A stretch of 61,125 nt of DNA, the filler included, from Gonapodya sp. JEL0774 (taxonomy: Eukaryota): NCBI GenBank assembly GCA_027604505.1. It is 14 parts of 14 records of this genome, joined end to end, with 100 filler letters (N's around TTAATTAATTAA, not from the genome) between each part and the next. Parts side by side here need not be neighbours in the genome. Positions count along the whole stretch, not along the records: positions 35,075 to 39,342 come from JADIIX010001004.1; positions 39,443 to 43,710 come from JADIIX010001005.1; positions 43,811 to 48,074 come from JADIIX010001006.1; 11 more parts are not named here. One strand, written 5' to 3'. The notes under the pieces were generated by a model. The model was given only the letters and a program-made list of their open reading frames with translations. It was not told the origin of the DNA and did no database searches. This document shows positions 36,432 through 45,316 of the stretch, one piece after another (positions within the stretch are counted from its first letter, which is position 1; every line of letters begins with the position of its first letter). The position numbers and the translations under genes were made by a program.

Positions 36432-37667
36432 ATGGGACATAAGCGAAAACACTTGCCTGCTACGGGATGGGTCGTCAACGAAGGATCAAACACGGCCGGT
36501 GACTCCAAAAATCTCACAGTGCCATCTGTGGAACCGGCAGTGCGAGCTACAGCGACGATGGAGTATCCTGCCGTGTCCGTAGAAAAGCGTAAGCGTGATT
36601 ATGGCATGGAGAATGGTATACAACAGACTCCAGCAGTGGATGGGAAACCAGCAATGGAACGAGGCGAGGGGGGAGCTGAACAGCCCGTTGTCAAGAAGGC
36701 CCGACAAAGATTCAACAAGGGCAAAAAGAATGACGTGTTACATGACCAGCGGGATGTCGAATCGAGAGCGAATGCAGGAGGGACAGGTGCTAACTCAAGT
36801 AATCATGGTACGTATGTGGATCGTCTAACCTCAATCTTTCCGGGTGGACCGAATGCGAACCAGTAGTTTTTTGCTTTGTTTCCAGCTCAAGCTCCCTCGG
36901 TAAACAGTACAACTGCTGATGGGCCCAAGAAGAAGCGAGCTTATGGGGCGGTCACTCTCGAGAAACGCCGGCTCCACCGCCTCGAGTTGAAGCGACGAAC
37001 CAAGCTCAAGCAGACCATCTGCTTCTCTTGCAGGCAAAAGGGCCACAGCTCGGCTGACTGCCCCCAGAAACTCGACACGGACCTTCCAGTCGGTACTTCT
37101 GACCTACCTGTAACCGACGCTTCCACCATCTTCGAAGACCCAACCGCTCTCGCTGCACGAGTCGCTGCCGCTCCTCGGACCGGCCTTTGCTACCGTTGCG
37201 GCTCCACTGCTCATCTCCTCTCCCGATGCACGTCACGACCAGATCCAGACAATCCACTCCCATTTGCCTCATGCTATATTTGCAACGCGAGAGGTCACCT
37301 ATCTGGGCAATGTGAGAAGAACGAGAGGGGCATGTATCCGAATGGCGGAGGGTGTAAGTGGTGTGGGAGTGTGCGCCACTTGGCAAAGGACTGTGAAGAG
37401 AAACAAGGAGGAAAAGGGAACGTACAAGAACGCAGAGAAGACGAAGTCGACCAAGTCCAGGAAGGGCAGGGAGGGGATGATGAAGGGGTTTCTATTGTGT
37501 CCAGACGGACTTCTGAGAAACAACTCCCGTCAACCCAGACGAAGGCACCTAGGAAGGAATCGAGCAACCCGGTGACGGGCGCAAACACTGCTGCTGTGGG
37601 TGTCCCGGCACCAAATGTGGTACCAATGCAAAAAGGGGGAAAACCCAAAAAGGTTGTCAAATTTTAG
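36432..37667 (+). CDS. ZCCHC9-like zinc-knuckle protein (4 CCHC fingers)
   Basis: CFSCRQKGHSSADC, CYRCGSTAHLLSRC, CYICNARGHLSGQC and YPNGGGCKWCGSVRHLAKDC; C-terminal KKVVKF. One intron at ~36808-36885. Confidence 0.85.
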
Positions 37668-38390
37668 GTGTTCACTGTGTAATTGTGGAAATTTAAGCCC
37701 TTGCATCTACATGGATGTGAATTGCAAACTGTGCTAGTGCTCTCCTGGTACTTACCTTCGCGATCCAAGCTCGACAGAAGTTAGTAACGCAAGTATAGAA
37801 AACAGGGTCAGGAACTTGCCGGACAGAGTACGCATTTGGACTTTTGCGCACTCTCCCCCATCACTTTTGTAACGAGTCACAGGATTATTTATTTCAGATG
37901 GGGTACAAACATCAGATACATAGCCATAACATTTCCCAAAAAGGACAGAGAGCTGAGAGAGTCCACACCACTCAACCCCCCGAGTGGAAATTATGACATG
38001 GACACAAAAAAGCCGTTATTGTATTCAGTCAACGCATGGAGTTACAAACACGGACTGCGGAAGCATTGGAGATCATGGAATGACAACTTCAAAAAAAGTT
38101 TTTTCTTCCATCGCTGTTTCGCCGATGTTTCTGATTCCCCGAGACAACCTGCGGGAGATTCCTTCCGGAACTACCGACCGCCAAACATGTACATTTCCGG
38201 ATCAGCAGAATCTGTTAGGCGGAGCAGAGTGTAATGGACCAATGGCAAAAGGGCCGTCACGTCAACCACCTTCGCCACATTCCGCCAAAAAAGAGCAGGG
38301 GCCAAGTCCACCCTGACCCTCACATAAAAAGAAACCAACTTCCCTCATCGATCTCGAACACCGAAATCGTCTTTTCCCACTGAAATCGTA

Positions 38391-39342
38391 ATGCCTATCG
38401 CATCCGTCCTTGCTGTCGCTCTCCTCACGGTAGCCGCTTCCCGCGGCGCCGTCGCGCAGGCTCCGACTGCTAACTTGCAAACCTGTGTCCCGGATGGTGC
38501 CTACAATGCGGCATACGATTACTTCCCGGAAAAGGCAGCAAGTAAGTTATCTTTTGACGGATGGTTTTGTCGGCGCATTCGGTGAAAGAATCGCCGGATT
38601 GCAAAGAAAACCATGACGTGTCTCCAAGGGACAAAACAAAGGAGGAGACTTGGCATTCCGTTCAAGAAAGGACGGCGACAAATCGGTTGAAGGTCATTAA
38701 AAGGGCATGGTGAATTGGCAGCTCGTTTGACCTCGGACCCTCCTATGATGTTGTTTTTGTTTGCGTCCCTGACACCCATTGTTTCCGAACACTGCGTCCT
38801 TTCCGAAACAGATGTCCCTTCTTCTGGCTTCACTGTGACCTACTTCAACAACTACAAAGTCCTGACAAACGTCATTGCCAACCAGACCACAGTGTTGTAC
38901 CAGTGCGGTACTCCGGTGCCGACAAACATCCCTGCAGGAGCGACTGTTGTATCCGTTCCAGTGCAAAATGTCTCACTCAACGATGTCACTTCCTTGACCT
39001 TCATTGAGGTAGTTGTTGTGCGCCTCGCAGGGATTTCCCAATGGCGATTGGGGCCATCTTGCTTCTTTATAATTTATTAATTCTTTACTATCCCTTTATG
39101 TATACATCGATCCATTACAGCTCCTCGGCAAGCGAGAGTCCCTCTCGTACATCAGCGGTATCGACTTCATTGTATCACCCTGCATCCAGGCCCTTAACGG
39201 AACCGGCAAGGTCAAGGAGCTCGAATCCGCCAACCAAACACTTCAAGAACAGGAAGTCAAGGCTTCTTCGATCGTATTGGGTTCCCTCTTCAGTGACACT
39301 CCTCAGACTAATGTTGTGACGTACGTTTGCGAGTTCTTATCT
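38391..39342 (+). CDS. Secreted solute-binding-protein fold, CBA1 (cobalamin acquisition protein 1)-like, 3'-truncated
   Basis: Signal peptide, then DYFPEK..FTVTYFNNYKVLTN..VLYQCGTP..VSVPVQNV..TSLTFIE|LLG..IVSPCIQ. Introns at 38542-38811 and 39009-39120. Confidence 0.7.
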
Positions 39343-39442
39343 NNNNNNNNNNNNNNNNNNNNNNNNNNNNNNNNNNNNNNNNNNNNTTAATTAATTAANN
39401 NNNNNNNNNNNNNNNNNNNNNNNNNNNNNNNNNNNNNNNNNN

Positions 39443-39919
39443 AGTCTGTTTCCGAGCTCTTCAAGCTCCATCCTGGTCCGGCTGCTGTTGAGTACGCGGA
39501 CCCACTTTGGTTTACCCTTTACCATTTCCAGGAAATCCGCAACTTCTGTAAGGAAACTGGATGAACAAAGTGAAGGTGTGAGATGACGGCGGGAAACAAA
39601 ATCCAGGAAAGGGAGCTCACGAAGTGAACTTGGTGGCATGTGTTTTTAGTGGTTCGCGGAGTCCGTTTTCGCGGGACATCCTGTCGGCAATGGCTTTGAC
39701 GAGCAGGGCACAGCGGTTGGCTAGACGGACCACGAGCTCTTTGTTTTCCTTGAAATCCTTGGCAGCGGTGTGGACCGCGCGTAGAGCTTCAGCGCATGCT
39801 CCGAAAACTGGGATTGTGGTGAGTTTTCCAACGATCTCCAGCACACCGGAGGCGCCATCGAGAAGGTTTTCGGCGATTGTCGAGTCTATCTTCTTGAAGC
39901 CGCCCGCTCGCGTCTCCAT
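39443..39919 (-). CDS. MLKL-like N-terminal four-helix-bundle domain protein, 3'-truncated
   Basis: LEIVGKLTTIPVFGACAEALRAVHTAAKDFKENKELVVRLANRCALLVKAI, then intron, then FLTEVADFLEMVKGKPKWVRVLNSSRTRMELEELGNRL. This is typical of fungal MLKL_NTD-type N-termini. Confidence 0.65.
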
Positions 39920-40508
39920 ACCGCGACGTTTCGGAGAAACGTGCTTCGTGCTGTGACCAATGTGACTAAGTACACCAGCAATGCTGGCAATGCGACCGTG
40001 CGTACGGTGACAATCCCATGCAATCAGAAGGCTTTCATCAAGACTCCCTTCCGACAGCAGGCCCGAGCGCTCTTTCAGGGCTTTTTTAGTATGTTCCTTA
40101 GACCAGTATCCACCCAGTGGGAAGAGTGCTACCAAGTCTGCCCGATACACCATTCAATTCGGCTCCTCACGAACACTGTTCAGCTTGCCGTACAGAACCC
40201 TTTCGTGTTAGGAGAGTCGTGTAACTGTGAAATACGAGAGTGACGATTCAGAAGCTACCACCGTATAAGGGGTGAGAGCATCGGTGGTCATCATCGAAGT
40301 CAGAACTCCATCTAATCGAACCCAAGAAAGACAAAATCATGGAGTCGCTTTCTCGACGGCGAATGAATGTCACGAAAAGTCATTGGACCTTGATGTATGT
40401 GGATCCAAGTTGTCGATATTTGGATCTCAATATCTGCATATGAGGATCTGAATGACCACGAAAGTGGAGCCGATATGTTGCCTCCTTTGCCCAGGATGAT
40501 GATGAGAA

Positions 40509-40620
40509 ATGAGGATGGGATTCGACATTCTGAAACTTTTCGATGTCTCATCCGGGATGAGGATGGGATTCGACATTTGGACAATTTTCGAAATCTCATC
40601 CCTGATGGGGTTGAGGATGC
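40509..40620 (+). repeat. 48-bp imperfect tandem repeat, about 2.3 copies
   Basis: ATGAGGATGGGATTCGACATT begins at 40509 and 40557. Confidence 0.85.
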
Positions 40621-40639
40621 GAACGCGCCTAGACACATC

Positions 40640-40945
40640 ATTGATCGTTCTTCATGACCACGGTTGTATTGCCTTGAAGAAGGTTGGTTCTCGCTAATTT
40701 GAAGTTTTTCAATGCCTCGAACACGGCGCCTTCTGGGATGCACTTTGGAGTCTCGCACAGCCAAGGCCGTTGGTTGCAAGCGTGTTCGGGGACGATTTGA
40801 AACTGAGAGAATGTTCGCTTCTCTTTTTCTGTTCGTTGATCATAGTCACAGCTCGATGGTAACTCGACACAGTAGCTTGATTCCATTTCTTCAGTAGCTT
40901 TCGCATCGCAGCGTTTGGATACACCAGAACCTTTGGCCGTTGCAC
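40640..40945 (-). pseudogene. TnpB/Fanzor2 N-terminal remnant (frameshifted, RuvC part absent)
   Basis: KVLVYPNAAMRKLLKKWNQATVSSYHRAVTMINE, then after a frameshift PWLCETPKCIPEGAVFEALKNFKLARTNLLQGN. These resemble IS607-type TnpB/Fanzor2 (RIYP..Q..L.KW....R..YN.A; WL.ETP..IR..A..D...A.K.A.TN). Overlaps the TnpA 3' end. Confidence 0.72.
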
Positions 40946-41361
40946 CGGGCACCAGAAACTTGGATGATTGAGAGAATGTCTTCGACGAACTGCTCCCGTG
41001 GAACGTTGTTTTGGTCGTCGAGAACCACGAGTCGCCTATCAAATTGTCGAAAGATCCATTCGAGGATCTCAAATCCGAATCTTGACAGTCTGTCGCGTGA
41101 ACTGACCATGACCTCGCCGTTCCTTGCTTGTTCCAGAATTGATAGAAGGCCTCGTCTCCTGAAGTTAAGACCTGATCCGATGTCTGAGATAATTCAATGT
41201 CCGGGGAACTTGTGAGCCATAAAATCTCGTTGCCGTTGTAAATCGTCTCTTTGCTTTGATGTAGAGACCCGCACATATGCGACACTTTCGCGACGAGCTC
41301 CGGTGGCCAGGCTTCGATCGTCGCATTGGAAAGGTTTTGCGATGAAAATGCGTCGATGCTG
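40891..41361 (-). pseudogene. tnpA: IS607-family serine recombinase TnpA with one in-frame stop
   Basis: QHRR..VAYVRVSTSKQRDDLQRQRDFMAHKFPGH*IISDIGSGLNFRRRGLLSILEQ..DRLSRFGFEILEWIF..LVVLD..EQFVEDILSIIQV..ARCNGQR. Catalytic Ser codon at 41263-41265; TGA at 41194-41196. Confidence 0.92.
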
Positions 41362-41419
41362 TGTTCATTCAATACACACATGTACTTTTCATATTCCAGG
41401 AAAAGCTTGCAAGTTTTTT

Positions 41420-42890
41420 GGACATATCTTGTGCCCAAGAGGACATATATTTGACAGCTGTGGGACAGCAAATCATGACGTTGGACGAATCCGCCCCGCG
41501 TAAGGTACGGTATTAACTGTCTGGGACAGTTAGTCTGTCCTTTTGGACATAAGTAGTGTTTGTCAAAGGATTGTCCACCAATATTCATTTTCACATTTTT
41601 CTTTCATTCCTCTTTGTTTCTAAAAATAGTTATCTAGAAAAGGATAATAGATCTATCCCAACCTGTTAATACCAGCTTGTAATAGGAGCGCTGTTGTCCC
41701 ATTTCTGGATTAATCCATCCCCAGTTCGGACGCGATATATCCTAAAATTACGATCATCTGTCCTGGCGTTAACGCCAACACCATCCACCAACCGCTCTTC
41801 CTGCCTGCGCACATTGCCCCGCGTTGCGCCAGACTCAGTACTTATCAGCTGTCCGCTGTTTTATCGTCCTTTGAATCTTATCAAAGTGGACGAACATGAG
41901 CCTTTCCTTTTTGCAGTGTGGATGATTATGTAACAATCCCCTTCTCCCCAAGTGATTTCGCCCTCCCTCACACGCTCGCCTCCACTACCTGGTCGAGTAG
42001 AGAGTTGGCTGCATTCTCGCCCATGGACTTGGACGCGTGGTTTGTTGTACCCATGAGGAAATGTCCTGGCGTACGCGAATGGCCCACTCAGGATAAATGT
42101 GATTGTAGGAACTGTCCACAGCTTCCGTCCCCGATTCATTGCCCCCCTCTGGCGAGTAAGCATTACAAAGATGTCTTTTGCGGTACAAAACGCCCCGAGC
42201 AATTGAACATGGCAAGTCGGGACATATCTTGTACCGTGGGAGGACATTTTTTTAGCAGGGCTGGGACAGCAAAAGTCCAGCGTGGACGAATCAACACCGC
42301 GTAAGGTACGATATTAACGGTCTGGGACAGTTAGTTTGTCCTTTTTGACATAAGTAGTGTTTGTCAGAAAGGATTGCCCATCAATATCCATTTTTCATTT
42401 TTCTTTTCATTCCTCTTTTGTTTCTAAAAAATAGTTATCTAGAAAAGGATAATAGATCTATCCCAACCTGTTAAAACCAGCTTGCAATAGGAGCGCCGTT
42501 GTCCCATTTCTGGATTATTCATCCCCAGTTCGGACGCAATATATCCTAAAACTGCAATCATCTGTCCTTGGTATTAAACTACCCAACTCCATCCACCATA
42601 CCCGTGCTTCCTCTTTTTCTGTCCGTCATAGAACCTGCGCACATTGGCCCGCGTTGCTCCGGACTCAATACTCGTGAGTTGACTGTCGTCCATCAAAATC
42701 TTATCAAAGTGGACCAACATGACTCTTTCCTTTTCGCTGTCGGGATGTCTTGTGCCAACCCCCCTTTCCCACATCCGATAAGCAGGTAGGAGGTCATCAT
42801 TTGTTACACCCTCCCCGCCTCGAACCAGCATCTCATTCACAAACTGGTTGAGCAGTGTACCGGGGTCGTTTTCCCCCAAGTAATCCGCCT
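41420..42890. repeat. Diverged direct tandem duplication (period ~800 bp) of the D5-helicase 3' end plus downstream non-coding segment
   Basis: 41420-~42040 aligns with 42220-~42890 (e.g. shared TAGTTATCTAGAAAAGGATAATAGATCTATCCCAACCTGTTAA). Copy A carries decayed D5 codons (SMGENAANSLLDQVV, KKERLMFVHFDKI). Confidence 0.9.
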
Positions 42891-43710
42891 TGATCCGCTT
42901 CATCAGGTCTGGTAGCTCGCCAAGACCCTCAATGCTATATTGACGATGGTAATTGAGCAGAATCCCCATCATTGCGTGGTTCCATCCACTGACACGCGTC
43001 TCGAGCGTTCGGTCAACGGGAAACTCATTCTTCTTCGGGTCACACTCCCCTTCCTTGAATCGACTCAGGAATGGAATAATGACAATACGTGGTGCGTTCG
43101 CGAGCTTGCTTCCATCAATTTTCGGCATGTCGTTGCAGCACATGAGCATCTTCGCCGTGTTGTCCACATCGCGCATTTCCTCGTAAAGCTTGCGCATCTG
43201 AAGGCGGTCGCCGCCGCTAAGCCTTTTAAAAAGCTCCTCGTTGATTCGCGCGCCAGCTTCCACCTCGGACATGTAAGTGAACCTCTTCTTCACCATCATC
43301 GACAGCTGCGGAGTTGCCGAGTTTGCATCACTGGATTTCCCGCATATCAGCGCTGAGTTCACTGAGACTGCATACTTGCCGAGCGTCACTTCCATGATCT
43401 TCATGAGCACACCTTTTCCATTGCGCCCTGAACTCCCGTGAGCAAAGTGAAATCGGTGCTCCTTGTTATATCCCTCTAATGTAGAAGCCAGGTACAACAG
43501 CACGTAGCGGCGCACTTCAGAGTCTGGAAAGACTTGTTTGAAGAACTGCTCGACTTCATGCTTCGAGTCCGAGTGGTCTGCCATCCGCTCTGAATCGAAA
43601 TCGTAACCAACACTCATGGTCACATAGTCCTCTGGCAGACCTGCTCGGAAGGTGTGCGTCTTCAGGTCGTATATTCCATTGTTGAATCCCAGAAGCATCG
43701 GATTCGCGTC
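42574..43710 (-). CDS. D5-like superfamily-3 primase-helicase (virus/Polinton/NCLDV-like), intronless, 5'-truncated
   Basis: D5_N motif DANPMLLGFNNGIYDLKTHTFRAG.PEDYVTMSVGYDF, Walker A GSSGRNGKG, Walker B YMSE, motif FKRLSGGDRLQMRKLY, motif C MCCNDMP and RIVIIPFLSRF. Confidence 0.93.
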   Translation of the reverse strand, partial: DANPMLLGFNNGIYDLKTHTFRAGLPEDYVTMSVGYDFDSERMADHSDSKHEVEQFFKQVFPDSEVRRYVLLYLASTLEGYNKEHRFHFAHGSSGRNGKGVLMKIMEVTLGKYAVSVNSALICGKSSDANSATPQLSMMVKKRFTYMSEVEAGARINEELFKRLSGGDRLQMRKLYEEMRDVDNTAKMLMCCNDMPKIDGSKLANAPRIVIIPFLSRFKEGECDPKKNEFPVDRTLETRVSGWNHAMMGILLNYHRQYSIEGLGELPDLMKRIKADYLGENDPGTLLNQFVNEMLVRGGEGVTNDDLLPAYRMWERGVGTRHPDSEKERVMLVHFDKILMDDSQLTSIESGATRANVRRFYDGQKKRKHGYGGWSWVV

Positions 43711-43810
43711 NNNNNNNNNNNNNNNNNNNNNNNNNNNNNNNNNNNNNNNNNNNNTTAATTAATTAANNNNNNNNNNNNNNNNNNNNNNNNNNNNNNNNNN
43801 NNNNNNNNNN

Positions 43811-45316
43811 TTTTCTCGCGCTGTAGTGCGGCGAGAAGTATCCCATTTGCTCCGGTGCGGCGAATCCGGGTGTTCCACACGCATCATAGATAGCGTAAGC
43901 GGCTGGATCAGTCTGGACAAAACGAAAATGGGACCTTCGACTAGAGTTACATTCTGGTGCTACACACTCACATCGTATGTGGCATCGGATAAATCAATAA
44001 TCTTCACTGAGTCAGGGTGCCCAGAGTCGTCGGCAAGCATAACATTGCCGGGCTTGAGGTCTCGGTGCACAACATCGCGTTGGTGAAGATGGAGAACTCC
44101 CAGCGCGATACTTTTGGTAACGGAGGTGGCTCTTTGAATGTTGAAGACGCCGAGGCCGCTCTTCTTGGCCTCGACAGCGGCTTGCAAGCTGCCACCTGTG
44201 TACAGATTCGTCACTGCAAGACGGTTCCACAGTAGATAATTAACAACAAGGAAAAAAGTTCGGAGCGAGAAGAGACTACGCAGTACGCACCCAACAGACC
44301 CCTTGAACCAAGCCGCTCAAATGAGAGAACCGACATGACGTTGGGATGTGGGTCTTGTTTGAATGTGTCCATTATGGCAGACTCGAAGGCGCCAACATAT
44401 TCGGTGAGACGAAAGACCACCGGATGTTTGTGCTAAGGTGAGGCACAAGTATTCACACGACTTTGGAAACCTTGTATAGCTCAGTACATGTGTATCATTA
44501 GACTCACCGCTTCCCCCACGAAGAGTTTCGCATTGACCTCTGAGATTCCAGCCATCCGGGTAAAAACTTGCATGTCTCCACCAGCACCGGAGGCCGTCTG
44601 ACGCAAAAGAACGTTCAAAGCCTGGGGTTGTGCGTTTCCATCGAGCACTTTGGTTGCGAGGTGCGACGCGATGTCCTGCTCGTCCCGAACGGCGTCGGTG
44701 AGAGAGTCCACCAAAGCCCGACTATTCTCTGCAGAAATCTGCAGATCCCTGACGACGTTCAGGGTCTGTGAAAGGTCGCTTTCCGTTGCGAACAACCTGC
44801 GTGCGAGCCGTTCGTTCTCTTCGTGAGACGACTGGAGCGCGAGTTCAATTTTGGCCTCGATAAGGAGCTTCTCCAGTCCCAGGTCCATATTCTTTTGATT
44901 GAGCTCCTCCACTAAGTTTTCAAGCAAAGGAATCTTCTCTTCCTTCCTGGCCGAGGTCAGTAAAAGGTCCTCGAGTTCCTTCTGGAGGGAACTGCACTCC
45001 AGTCTCGCCACCTCTAACGTTGCGGTGGCTTCATTGGCGGCTGTTTTCAAACGAGCATTCGCAATCTCGAGCGCTTGGACGTTTGCGTTCAGGCCTTCTA
45101 GCTGGTCCATCAGTCGTTGGCGTTGAGCTTTCTTGCTGGAGGACTTCCTTCCGAGCAATGCCTTGAAGAAGGCAGGCACCTTTGCCAACTGACACGAGGA
45201 GAGAAGATACGATGAGTGATGGAATTACAAGTGTGATCGCTCCTTCTCACCGACGAGAACCTCTTGGTGAGCTTGGATCCCCAATGATTAGCGCTCTCTG
45301 GCATCGCGATAGGCAT
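43811..45316 (-). CDS. Coiled-coil plus protein kinase domain protein, spliced, 3'-truncated
   Basis: Long heptad-rich exon at 44508-45188, then HPNVMSVL, LHLHQRDVVHRDLKPGNVML and KIIDLSD. First intron at 45189-45250. Confidence 0.75.

Larger units (their letters stand above)
40640..41400 (-). mobile_element. Decayed IS607-type element (TnpA + TnpB/Fanzor2)
   Basis: Canonical IS607 gene order and overlap. Element ends not resolved. Confidence 0.8.

Noticed and set aside
40638..41594. 318-aa ORF in the ORF track
   Set aside because: Mostly an alternative frame over IS607 TnpA, starting inside the duplicated non-coding segment. Only its last ~55 aa are in the TnpB-like frame. Probably not a real protein, though not excluded without expression data.
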